Positions 51,011-62,927 of a stretch of 64,000 nucleotides of DNA are shown here, piece by piece. The stretch is from the NCBI GenBank assembly GCA_032718475.1, contig JAUCBJ010002551.1, forward strand, positions 1 to 64,000, given 5' to 3'. This DNA is from Nemertoderma westbladi (taxonomy: Eukaryota > Animalia > Xenacoelomorpha). The notes under the pieces are model-generated. The model was given only the letters and a program-made list of their open reading frames with translations, did not search any database and was not told the origin of the DNA. Numbering within the stretch: position 1 is the stretch's first letter; each line of letters starts with the position of its first letter. The position numbers and the translations under genes are program-made.

Positions 51011-51076
51011 GTTGGACTTTTCGCCAAACGCTTTCAGGAGTTTTGTTATTGCTATTGTTAGTGTTAATAGTTTTTG

Positions 51077-51530
51077 CTAACTAACGGTACTACGTACCCT
51101 CTTACTACTCTAACTCCACTAACTAACAGTACTACGTACCCTCTTACTACTCTAACTCTACTAACTAACGGTACTACGTACCCTCTCGCTACTCTGACTC
51201 TACTAACTCCACTAACTCTCTCTACTAACTAACGGTACTACGTACCCTCTTACTAACCTCTAACTCCACTAACTAATGGTACTACGTACCCTCTTACTAC
51301 TCTAACTCCACTAACTAACGGTACTACATACCCTCTCACTACTCTGACTCTACTAACTCCACTAACTCTCTCTACTAACTAACGGTACTACGTACCCTCT
51401 TACTAACCTCTAACTCCACTAACTCCACCAACTCTCTCTACTAACTAACGGTACTACGTACCTCCTAACTAACTAACTGTTTTCGGTACTACGTACCTCC
51501 TAACTAACTAACTAATTCTAACTCTAATTA
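51077..51530. repeat. ~40-bp degenerate tandem repeat downstream of BEL pol, continuing at 46490-46604 across the CRE insertion
   Basis: Units of the type CTAACTAACGGTACTACGTACCCTCTTACTACTCTAACTCCA occur on both sides of the CRE element. Confidence 0.85.
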
Positions 51531-51633
51531 TTTTTATTTATTTTTATTTTTATGTGTGGGAAGGGCGTCTCGCCCTCAATCCCACCCCCCTCAGTCCAAA
51601 ACTTGGACGACTAAACTCCTCTCCAACTCCAAT

Positions 51634-54600
51634 CTAAGGTGCCCCTTCTAGTAGACAGCATTTCCCTACAGCTCTCCTGTAGGTTTTTCTGTCCTTCGCA
51701 CCTATCTTGCCACCTATCCGCACCTCTACCGATCGGACTCTTCCGTCCTCATCGGAGTAGGTGCCTACAACTCTCGCCAACCGCCACTGGTTGTTGATGA
51801 TAGTATCATCCGTAACGATTACGAGATCTCCCTCTCTTAACTCCCTATTTGGCCTCCTCCACTTGCTTCTTTTATGAAGCGTGGGTAGGTATTCCTCAAC
51901 CCATCTCCTCCAATACTCTGCGCTTATTGCTTTAGCGACTTTCCAACTTTGGCGGGAGTGTATGTCATCTGGGTCTACACCCCGCATATCGATGGTCGCT
52001 GGCCTTTCCATTAGAAAATGGCTGGGCGTCAGCACATCTAGTGATTCAGGGTCATCATTCTCCGGATATACAGTAGCTGTCTGCTATTAATGATACCCTC
52101 ACACTTCGCAAGTACTGTTCTCAAGACGTCCTCTGTGACCATATGGGTGTTCATTAACTTCGTCATGAGACGCTTCGAACTGCCCACCAGTCTCTTGACG
52201 CATCCTAGTGTATGCGGTGCATACGGCGTCCTCCTCTCCCACTTTACTTGTCGTCGCCTTATGGCTGCCCTGACTTCCTCTCCTTCCAGAATGTCCAAGG
52301 CCTCTGCCATCTCGTTCTCAGCTCCCACAAAGTTGGTTCCGCTGTCGGAGTACATTACTGCGATCGTCCCACCTTTGCGGTCTCTAAACCTTTCTAATGC
52401 ATTAATGAATGCTGATGCGGTTGCATCTTGGGCGAGTTCTATCCCTACCGCCCGTGTGTTGTTATATACGAAGATAATACCATAGCGTTTCTCCGTGTGC
52501 CGCATCACTTTGATCTTTATCGGCCCGAACATGTCCACAACGCAATGCGTAAATGGCGGGTCGTGTTGTCTTACCCTACTCGCCGGCAGTGGTGCCATCT
52601 CCTGTATGGCTCGCTCCTTCTTCGCTCGTCGGCAGGTCTGGCACTGCCCCACTACCGCTTTTACCTTCTTTCTCAACTGCTTGACCCAAAAGGTCCTCCG
52701 TATCTCCGTAAGGGTTCGGTTGGTGCCCCCGTGCAATATCGATTTGTGGGAGTCCCAGATAATCTGGTGGACTATTGGCGATCCTGTGGGGATGATGATG
52801 GGCTTCGGTGGTACAACGATGCTGTTGTTGTAGCCCACCCTAGAGTTCATTACTAGAATCCCGTCATCATTAAGTTGTGGTGACAGCGTGATTAACTCGC
52901 TGTCCCGTCGAAGATGCTGTTGCTTACCGACGCGTTCCACCTCGTCGCCGTAGTTCTTCCGTTGTTCATAGCGGATGACTGCTTTGGCCGCTCCTTCCAG
53001 ATCTATGGTTGTCCTGATCTTCTTGCCTTTGCCAACTCCCGCGAGGAAATTCCCGAAGGATCTCCAGTACGCCACTAATTTCTTGGTCTTATACCAACTA
53101 GAGCTGTAGCTGAGGAGTTTATCCGTCGGGTTATCGCACAGTTCTTCTGGTTTAGGTTGCACGTCCCTTATCTCCCTCACCATCTGGGAGTATATCTCTT
53201 CTCCCTCTGAATCTCCTTCTTCTCCCTCTGATACTGCCTCTCCTGAGCCCGGGTCCACCTTTCTCATCGGTGGCCAGGCCTCCTTGTCGCTCAGAAACTG
53301 TGGCCCATGTTGCCACAATACCTCCTTTTTTAAGAATGTGTGGCGTACCACGCCCCTCGATAACAAGTCCACTGGGTTCTCGTCCGTTGGGCAGTAGTGC
53401 CACCTTTCCAACTCTGTGGTCGCCCTTATTTCGTCCACCCTATTCGCGATGAATATAGGGTATCTCGTCCTTTCGTTATGTAGCCAACCAAGCACTACCA
53501 TGGAATCCGTCCAGTAGTGTGTCTCCACTATGTTGGGAATAGTATCCACTAGGTAGGCTGTGGCCCTAACTCCTAGTCTCGCAGCTGTCAATTCTAGTTT
53601 GGGAACTGATGCTGAATCTGGCGGCGTTGACTTCGCTTTGCTAAAGGCCAGTCTGGGCTTGTGAGCCCCCTCTCGTTGTACTAAATAGAGTGCCGCTCCG
53701 TATGCCTCCAACGACGCATCGGAGAACATGTGTAAGTCCAGATTCGTCATGTTCCCATCCGGGAAATACACTCTTGGCATGCTGTATGTTCCCATCTTCT
53801 CCAAACCTTCTGTCCACTTACACCACTGTTTCTTGATCTCTTCTGGTACCTCTACGTCCCACTCATCCTTCAGTTTGTATACTCTCTTGAGTATCTGTTT
53901 CCCCGTGACTAATAGTGGGGATGCTAGACCTAGGGGATCGTATATTCTTGCTATGTATGACACATAGCCTCTCTTTGTGTGGATGTCTGCGCCCTCCTGG
54001 CTCAGCTGGTACTTCAGTTCATCTGTCTCTCTGTTCCACGCGATTCCCAGTGCCTTCTGTTGAGACTCTGTCCTCTTGTTCGCCATGTCCTGCCCTTTGG
54101 CTGTTGTGGGATTATCCATGGTCGATTCTGGTCTCTCGTCCTCTATCGCCTTGATAAATTCCTCCGAACTGGATTGGAATTTGGTCAGGTTAAAGCCGGA
54201 TCCTTTTAGGATGTCGCGAACCTCGCGCCCTGTGTCCAGTATCTCCTTAACCGTATTTCCAGACTCCATTCCGTCGTCTACGTAGAAGCCGCGTCGAATC
54301 ATATCGACGGCCCTAGTGCTGTATCTATCCTCCTTCCCCTTCACTGTATCTCTTACTGCCATAGTCGTCGTAAATGAAGACGACTTGGCTCCCATGTTCT
54401 GTACTACCATCTTGTACATCGGTATTGTCGACGGTTCTTCGTCGCCGTTGTACCATAAGAAGCGTTGACTGTCGCTATCCTCTTCCGTCACACGGACTTG
54501 GTTGAACATGCCTTCTATGTCACACATGAAGGCGTGTTTCCCATTTCTAAATCTAAGTAGGACCTCTATCCCTGAGTTGTATATGTTCGGACCTTCTAGT

Positions 54601-56294
54601 AGATAGTCGTTTAAGCATTTCCCGTTGGTCTTTGCCGATGCGTCAACTACCATCCGCAGTTTACCTTTCTTCGGATCTAAAGCCACGTGGAGTGGTAGGT
54701 AATACGTCCTATCCGTGTTTGGTTCGTCGACCGGTAACTCCACGGCCCATCCTTTCTCGACGTACTTCTTAATTGTTCTGTGGATGTACTCATTCTTCTC
54801 GGGGCTCCGTTTTAGTGTCTGCTTCAACTTACGAAGCCTCGTGAGCACCATCCCTTTATTATCGGGCAATGGTAGCTTTGGTAGCTTCCATACCATTCCT
54901 ATGGTATACCGCCCCTCGTCGCATTTCATAGACTCCTCTACGCTTTGTTGAGCCTGTTTGTCTTCCACCGGGGTCCCGACCCCGGTCTCCTTTAATCCTT
55001 CAAAATCCTGCCTGAGCAGTCTCGTAAGCTGCTCCTCTGCTCTCTCATCACCCATTTCCTGCATAGTTCCCGCGAACATGCATCCTGATGTCTCCGACAT
55101 CCTAAATGGTATCTTGCTCTTGATTGGGCCACTCAGCGTCCACCCGAATGGTGTCAGTATCGCCACCGGGTCACACTGCTTGTCTTCGCCGAAGACCGTT
55201 TGCATTCTTTCGTGGGCCGTTGGGCAGTCCATTCCTACTATGATGGATACCTTCCTAACGTCCACCTCTGGGATTGAGAAGTCGATATCATCCAGAAATT
55301 TATATTGTTCGACCTCGATGTTGGTTGGCCGTCTGGCATTGATGTTTATTGACTCTATCACTTGGATGGGGTCGATGCTCGCCCCATAGTCGCATCCTGG
55401 TGCTATTGCTGCAATGGCGCACCGTCCGGTTCTCATCTCCAGGACCTCATCTTTGCTGGAGATGGTTGTTACCGCCATTCTACTCGGCCTCGTTCTCAAT
55501 CCTATCTCTTCGGCCACCCAATCCTCGATTAATGTGAAGGCAGCTCCACTATCAACCAGCATCAGTGTGGTTACTGATCGATTGCCTTCTCCAATCACTC
55601 GCACTGGTACTACCCCAAGTAGCACCGTTCCTCTCTTCTTCGCCCCTACCGTGCTCGTTGCCATCGTTTGGCCTTTCCTTTGACCGAACTTGACCGGCGT
55701 CTCCTTGCATTGCCTAGCTCTATGTCCACTCATCACACATCGCGAGCAGATCTCATTTCTCGCCGCATATTCTACCTGATCTTCCCTGGGTAGCGCTTGC
55801 CAGTACCTGCAGTTCATGGTTTGATGAAGCGCATTTGTATGTAGCTGGCATTTGCTCTTTGGGTTGTAGCCCTCCTTATGCAGTGCATTGCGTATCGCAG
55901 TCGCATTTGCTCCAAAGTCCCTACTATTCTTGTTGTTTGGGTTCGGCCTACTGGGCGTACTAGGGTTATATTTATTTGTGTTGTTATTGTTCCCCTGTCC
56001 GTTCCATGGTGTGGTCTTACCTTCGGCTACCTGTGGACTTGCAGTCCCCTGCGTCGCTGCGTATGGCAATGATTGCCTGAGCTTTGGTAATGCGTTTGAC
56101 GTGTTGTGTTCTGGTTTCGGCCTATGGTAATCGGTTCTTGGTCCCTTTCCCAGGCTGTCCTCACTATAGACTGGGTCGGTTATTAGTTCAGCTTCGTAGT
56201 TTAAGAAGCTCGACATTTCTTCTAAACCCGGTTCCGCACCCTTCCTATCTCGAGTGGAGAAAGCGATTTTTCTCCACTTGTTGCGCAGCCACAT
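51634..56294 (-). pseudogene. pol: BEL/Pao Pol polyprotein (knuckles-PR-RT-RH-IN plus DUF5641-like C-terminus), frameshifted near 52070
   Basis: CQLH...CSRCVMSGHRARQC; LVDSGA; KLRMVVDASAK, CDIEGMFNQV, FYVDDG; YDPLGL, MFSDAS, PKLEL, WTDS, PTDENPVDLLSRG; CQTC, VDMFGP, YSDSGTNFVGA; LTPSHFL...YWRRWVEEYLPTL...KW. Confidence 0.93.
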
Positions 56295-56308
56295 CGGTAG
56301 TGCCTGCG

Positions 56309-59300
56309 CTATCGTGGTGATGTTGTTGGACGCGTTGAGTTCGTATGGTGCGTTGTTGGCTTGTTCGCGAATGTCTTAATGCTAATGGGACTATCCTGTA
56401 GGCCACCCGATGTTATGCCTCTCAGGGTTTGCCGGATAATCTTGGCCGGGTGCCCGTATTCCCTGTCCAATGCCCGCCATGCCGTCGTGAAGCCGCCCTC
56501 TATACCCTGGTATTGCCTCACGATGTCGTATGCTGGGCCTCCTGTGTATACTTGGAGATATTTTAGGCACTCCGCCTGCGTCAAGTTCTTTGTTAGTATC
56601 TCGTTACTATACATGCGCCGAAACTGTAGATATTCTTCTGGCCTACTCCCATTGAATTTAAATGGTTCCACGGGTGGTAGCTCGATCCTAGTTTTTAGCG
56701 CATCGATCAATGTGGCCATTCCCATCGCCTGCGCTTCCAATGGGTTCGATGGATGTTGCATAGTTTCTCCTGTTGGGTGCGGTCCATCCGTCTTATTTCC
56801 TGCCTTCCTTTGGCTAGGGTATATCATTGGGGGTAGCGGCCCCCTCCATATTTCTGTGTCGCATGATCTGTTTTCATCCAAAGGTCTCGTTGTTCTTACT
56901 CCTATCGGGGTATATTGTTGATATTGTGATGGGGGAATGTCACCCTGTCCCCCCCCCACCAGTATGCTTGGTACTGGGGTTGATGTTAATATATTGGGGC
57001 CCATGCACCTATCCGCAATAATTCCCCCCTCCCCTGGGTATATGTTATGTCCCTGCATGCTGTAGTCATACTGCTGTGCTGGTACCGGTATAGGCCTATC
57101 ATCTTCTGGCCTACCTGCCGGTATGTACTCCGCGACTTCCGGGTTTAATTCCGTCGTCCGTGCTATCCTATCGCCTACATTATTCCTGTCAGCATGGCCT
57201 ATGGTATGTGCAGTAAGGCCTACAGTATGTCCTACAGTCTGTATGTGTCACTCGGGATCGAAGTTTATTCTTCTCGAATAATCCTCCCCGCGGCTACCGT
57301 ATTCTCGATTGGTAGGTATATCCCGTCGGAAAGTTTCTCTTCGACCCCCTCTACTGCTCTCGTCTTCGTACCGGTACATCGTGTACCCCTCTCCCGACGC
57401 GTAATGCGTCTCGTCAGGTCGCGTCTCTCCGGGACGACGGCAATCTCCCGAAGTTCGACCCCACCGACACTCTCTTTCCATCTCGACTACCGACGGCTTG
57501 CTGTCCGTCCTCGCTCTCCTATCGTTCGCGGCGATACTTCTCCTACTGTCTTCTCTTCTTCTCCTTTCAGTGCAGTATTCCCGCTTGTGAGATCTCTCGT
57601 CGACCTCCCAGTTAAACTCCACTGTTCTTCTTCCCTCTTCTGATCGGGCTCGACGCTCCGTCCGCCCTCTCGCGACGTCAACCTGCCTCTCTCTGCTCGA
57701 TCGCACGCCGCTGGGGATACTCGCAATCCCCCTATCACTCTCCGTCACCGGGTGTTGCGGTTTACCTAATTCGGCCCGCGCATTATCCGCCGACGCCTGT
57801 GGGACATTCTCTGCCCCCCCCTCTCGCCACTAACCTGTTGCTGTGGGGTTCCCGTAGTCCCCCCCCCCACTCGCCACTAGCTTCCCGTTGTGGGGCTCCT
57901 GCAGCCCCCCCCCCCCCCCCCCCCACTCGCCACATATCACGCCGTTACCTCTTACTTCACTTCTACACCCCTCTCCAGTCGACACAATGTTTCTACTATG
58001 GCTGGGTTCGCTTACCCCTGCCTCTCTCCCCACTACTACTTGGCCTACCGGGCCTACTCCGGGTTGGCTCAACCCCGCCACCTCCTGCCTACTAATTACG
58101 TGGCCTACCAGGCCCACTTCGGGTTGACTCAACCCCGTCGCTTCCTGCCTACTAACTACGTGGCCTACCAGGCCCACCTCGGGTTGACTCAACCCCGCCA
58201 CCTCTGGCTCGTTAACTACGCGGTCCATCAGGCTGGCTTCCGGGCTATACATACACGCCCGTCGCGTTCACATTAATAGCACCACAGGTACCGTTATTGG
58301 TTAAATCAATTAAATCCTCCACCCCAGTTAAATTATTTTGTACACCCAAATTAGAAACGGAATTATTTTGTTCGTTCAAAATAAAGTTATTCGGATTATT
58401 TTGCGCAATTGCGTTTCTTGAATTATTTTGTAAATTCGAATTCAGATTATTATTTAGATTATTTGGATTATTCGGATTATTTTGCGTAACTACATTAATA
58501 TTAGAATTATTTCCTACATTAATATCAGAATCATTTGGATTTAAATTTAAATTACTACTACTAGGTAAAATATTTCCTGCAATAAAAGTTTGGTTAGAGT
58601 TATCCAATACGGTAGTATTAATATTAACGACGTCTACTGTAGCATTATTATTACCCCCCCCCCCCCCCCCCCGCCCGTACGGTCACACCAGTTTCGTGTC
58701 TGTCGTGCGGTCCCTGTAAGTGGGGTATTAATAAATGTATCCACGGCCCTTGGATCCTCGAAAATATTCGAGTCAGTCCCGCTCTCAGACGCCCCTATCC
58801 GCGCCAGTTCCAGTTCGCGCGTGCGTCTAGTTTTGTACTCTATAAGCTCACTTTGGCGTTTTTCCAATTCTTTTTGCTCACGCTCCTCTCTTGCCATTCT
58901 CTCCCGACCCTCCTGTGCGTTCTGGTCGGCCAATTCCGCCTCTCTCCTAGCTCCCTCCCTTTGCCTCGCCTCATGCTCTTTGCGTTCACTTTCCTCCCTC
59001 GCCTCACGTTCCTTGTGTTCCGCCTCACGCTCTTTGCGTTCATTTTCCTCTCTCGCCTCACGTTCCTTGCGTTCACTTTTCTCTCTCGCCTCACGTTCCT
59101 TGCGTTCCGCCTCACGCTCTTTGCGTTCATTTTCCTCTCTCGCCACACGCTCCTCTTGTTCCTTCCTCCCTATTTCCTCACACTCCCTAAGGCTTTTCGC
59201 GGCCCTTTCGGCCCTCTCTCCGGTTTCTCTAATCAGTTCCATTTCCTTCTCTAGTAGCATTCTCCCCTCCTCTAACCGTCTATTTACTTCTCTCTGACCT

Positions 59301-59701
59301 TGCGCTATCAGGTCGAGATGGTACGTGGCATTTATCTCTCTCACCCGTCTTTCTTTTACGGAGGATGTAGCAGACTTATCGGTTGTGACGGATTCCCTCC
59401 GCCTTCCCGATCTACTAACTTTCCCCCTTTTCCCAGAACTTCCTCCGACCGACGAGACCGAATCCTCGGGGTTAACCTCGGATTCGCCCTCCTGCGGCCT
59501 TCTCCATCCCACTAATTTTATACCCCGGGCATCGACTAAGTATGGCCCTATGTACACTACGCTAGGTTGCATACCCCTACACCGCCATAAGTCACACAGT
59601 TCCTCGGCAACCCCTCTCGCTCTCTCCTTGGCCAGTTCTCTCTGCCCGAAGCGCATTAGATGACTAAAATGTCTATCCGACTCACCTAGTCCTGTTGTCA
59701 A
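56309..59701 (-). pseudogene. gag: BEL/Pao Gag region (coiled coil, low-complexity segments, DUF1759-like), with multiple frameshifts
   Basis: LPPVEPFKFNG...YLQFRRMY...YLQVYTGGPAYDIV...AWRALDREYG (56309-57058) and an E/R-rich coiled coil (58634-59701) preceded by the PEDSVS motif. Confidence 0.75.
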
Positions 59702-60134
59702 CTTTACCTCATCTATCTTCGCCCCCTCCTTGGCCTCCTTAAGTAGCTTCCGGGTCGCGTTGTAGGCCCGTCAAAGTCGGTCAGAAACCCCGACGTCCTC
59801 GTCGCTGACCTCTCCTCCATCTCTCCGGGTCTGACGTCGTACCGGCGGCCCCACCGTCGCCGTTCCGGTGGGCCGTCCATCGCCCTCAGCCTGTGGCTGG
59901 CCGGCGACATCGGTATGTCGACCGACGTGTGTCGACTCGTCTCTTTCTCCTTCCATCTAGCTCTCTCCTTCTCTCAACTCGACTTCCGGCTCCAGATGGC
60001 CCCCCTCATCTTGAACTGCCGGATGACCTAGCCGGACCGGCCTGGCGTCGTAGGCCTATACCGTCTGGTCGCGGCCTCGCGAATCGTTAGTTCTTCGTCC
60101 GGGGTCCGCGTTGGCGTAACGTCACTCATCTCTT

Positions 60135-60918
60135 ACTACTACTACTACTAGGATCGGCATGCTGCATTGCAGCTGCATTTTTAAGAATGCTGTGCCGGCT
60201 TGTCAACAAAATTGCACCGCCACAACTCCCTATCGCTATCACCCATGACATTTGCTAGATCATCCGCATCTTTAAGGCCAGTGTCCTTTAAGATGCGTCT
60301 CAAGAAAGTCATGGGCTGTCCTCCATGCTTATTCACTCCATGAGGCTGCCAAAGTACAAGATTATGCACTGGCTGTTCCTCACGGCGAAAGCAATGTCCT
60401 GCAAAGCGGAGGCGATTTTGTTCTAGTGTCAAGCTTGGGGGAACCAATGAGACACCTCCAATGTTATATAGTGTCTGGTTGGAGATGTGTGCATTGTACT
60501 TGACACAATGTACCCGGCGTAGCATTCTTGTGAATGTGCCATCCAGAGATTTGGTGTCCTCAGCAGTTAGAGCCCAGCATGGACTCCCGTAGAGGAGTAC
60601 TGGAACTACTGCTGCTCTAAATAATCGGACCTTAAGTTTCCGATTAATTCTAGGTGACTTCCAAATCCTGGAAAGCCTATTCAAGGCTGCCCATGCCTTT
60701 CCCTTACGTATTCGAAGGTCCTCACCTGACTTCCGGATCCATGATCCCAGGTAACAGAAGTCGTCCACATGCTCAAGCATACCATCCTTTGAGCTTATGC
60801 TCATCCGATCAGAGACTTGCTGAGGACTTTCAAAGTTAACTGTCAGAATTTTGGTCTTTCTGGAGTTAATAAAAAGACCAACACTAGAAGCAGCATGTTC
60901 TAATGAGCTGAGGCTTCT
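60135..60918 (-). mobile_element. 5'-truncated RTE-like LINE
   Basis: C-terminal RT region (INSRKTK in an adjacent frame; LEHVDDFCYLGS, LSRIWKS, KVRLFRAAVVPVLLYGS, RLRFAGHCFR), a (TAG)n 3' tail, and a 10-bp TSD CTCATCTCTT at 60125-60134 and 60919-60928. Confidence 0.88.
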
Positions 60919-60966
60919 CTCATCTCTTGCTTTAGGTTGGTTGCTGACAGAATCTAGTTCTATTAC

Positions 60967-61535
60967 TGTGACGGGATCTAAGAAGGATCCCGGTTTATCC
61001 GCGGTTATTGTATTTACGCGTCCCCGCCGTGTGTGTGTGTGAAAAGAGTCTGGGAATTCTGATGTTATTGATCATCCGATATGTATAATGCGATAGATAG
61101 TATAAAGTGGATATAGTATAAAATGGTTGAAACCCAAATGATGTAATACAGTAATGTACAGGTAAATGGTGGTAGGCGAGGATGGTAATAGAAGTCTCCG
61201 CTCTACCCTAGCTAACCGACTAACACAAATGAGATAACTGAACTAAGAATTACTGATACCTAATAATATATATTGCACGGTTTGGCCGTTGTTACAGTAC
61301 CTAGCCGGTGCCTGCCCCCCCCATTGGCTAATATCCCTGTTGGCGCCCTTTGGAGTGTTTCCCCTCACTCCTGCTATTCTCTCTCGGTCAGGGGTATGGC
61401 CCCTGACCCCTATTGTGTGTTTCTCCTTCCCACTTTGTTGGGGTGGCACGAGTGGTTGATTACCCAACCTCGTGGCCCCCAATATTGCTTAACGGCTTAC
61501 TTTGTGGGGTGTTAGCGGAATTGAATACGCTAACA
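60967..61535 (-). mobile_element. Putative 5' LTR of the BEL/Pao element
   Basis: The minus strand begins TGTTAGCG and ends CGTCACA (TGT...ACA), and the sequence turns AT-rich after 61535. No second copy or canonical TGG PBS was seen. Confidence 0.45.
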
Positions 61536-61884
61536 AATCTGCACTAGAGGGGATTGTAATTAACAATACTTTAGCAATACTTTGGAGGTTAAACTATAAG
61601 ACCAGCATCAATAAAAGGCTCCAAAAAAAATCGGCTAGTTTTATAATTTTTAGAGAAATTGGAAGTTATTTTTGAATTCAACTCTTTTAATATCATCTAA
61701 TAGTACTACTAATTGTAGCTCACACTTTTTATCGTACAGAGCTCATTCAAGGCCAATTTTAAAGGACATTTTCTAGATAACAAAGTTAGTATTTTCCAGA
61801 GGAACTCTCAAAATATCTCACTATTTTACTGCAATGAAATTTAATCGCTTCAAGTGATTCAGTAGTAAGGCTGATAAGAGTAAA

Positions 61885-61960
61885 CCCTAGTGGGGCTCGA
61901 ACCTGCATCCAATAGATTGTAAGACCGGTGTGCGGCTACGACCAAATGAGCTAACACCGC
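61885..61960 (-). mobile_element. tRNA-like SINE head or tRNA pseudogene
   Basis: Minus-strand A-box TAGCTCATTTGG and B-box GGTTCGAGCC. The acceptor stem does not pair. Confidence 0.6.
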
Positions 61961-62927
61961 CTTTCAATAGTATATTAATTATCTTTGTCATCATAGCCGC
62001 ATAACGAGCCAAAAACAAGATTATTTATATGGCAATTACAAAGTGACATACAAGCTCTTTGGAGAAGCATTCAATATATTTTTAAGATTCTGCTACGAGT
62101 CGGCTATTCAATGGAGCTAATTGCAGTACGTATAATTTATTTAAGTCGCAAATTGTAATTGTTATGATAATGTTCAGTACTCCATATTTGGACTAGTGGC
62201 TCCACCCCGAATCCATATAAATTGTTTAACAAATTATTGCCAAGTGATGAGTCAGGCTGAGATCCGGAATTACAATTACCAGTAATTGAAAATGTTATTT
62301 ATATTTTAAGGAGCAATTTGAAAAGGCATTTAAAATAGTCAATGAGTTTCAGATGTTTTTATACTTAAAACCGGTATTTTCTCCATTACATTCAACGGAC
62401 TCTTGAACAGCCACTTGAATGAACTGAACTGCACCGCTATACATCAGGACTAGGATTATATTTTGAAAGTATGTCGAAATTATATTTTTTAAATTGTGCA
62501 TTAATGAAAGGGATAAAATTTTAGATATGTTAAGCCAAGGAATTCCGGTTCACCGCCATAGACGTCAGGTCAGGTATTCTAGGTCAGAGATCAAGAAAGT
62601 TGACACCTCCATGCAGCATAAAGGAGGTGCCACCTATGGCTGAATAGGCCGGCCCTCGTACTAAGGGGAAATCTTGTCCTGTGACAAGGACCCCCTTCTT
62701 TCTGGGATAGGGACGCCCTTGGTCCTGGATTAAGGATCCATACTGTATATTTGGCTGCAGTGTATATGGTCTGGCCAGGCAGATGGCGATCTACCAATGG
62801 CTGGTCATGAGTAGATTGTTCTCATAGCCACTTTGAGTGCACTTCACTGCGACCTGCACCTGGCAGCAGGGGTACAGGGCATGGCCCAGCAGATGAGATG
62901 CATAGCCAATGATGGGTCATGTGTATC

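Larger units (their letters stand above)
46605..51076 (-). mobile_element. 5'-truncated CRE-like (RLE-type) non-LTR retrotransposon
   Basis: Poly(A) tail (T-run 46605-46622) and TSD CTAACTAACGG(T) at 46594 and 51077. RT motifs PGPSGLD, GVRPIGVGEVLRR, IDASNAFN, TQGDP, WFADDG; CCHC CVCG...HCLHC; RLE motifs RHNEIRD, ARLDV, VDVKI, KRRKY. Confidence 0.92.
44035..61535 (-). mobile_element. Large degenerate BEL/Pao LTR retrotransposon (3' LTR missing) with nested CRE-like and RTE-like insertions
   Basis: Gag/DUF1759-like, PR, RT, Pao-type RNase H, IN and DUF5641-like ORFs on the minus strand, with a putative 5' LTR at 60967-61535. The outer limits, and whether 44035-46600 belongs to this element, are inferred. 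Confidence 0.7.

Noticed and set aside
51540-51600. Start of the BEL 3' LTR after a PPT-like GAGGGGGGTGGGA
   Set aside because: The following sequence shows no similarity to the putative 5' LTR (60967-61535) and does not start TGT. It is kept only as an alternative hypothesis.
61885-61960. Functional tRNA gene
   Set aside because: A and B boxes are present, but the acceptor stem and anticodon arm do not form properly.
62570-62927. GC-richer segment as the missing protease exon or another gene
   Set aside because: I saw no GDSGGP-like codons on the plus strand and no recognisable domain in the minus-strand translations. It is probably a TE fragment.
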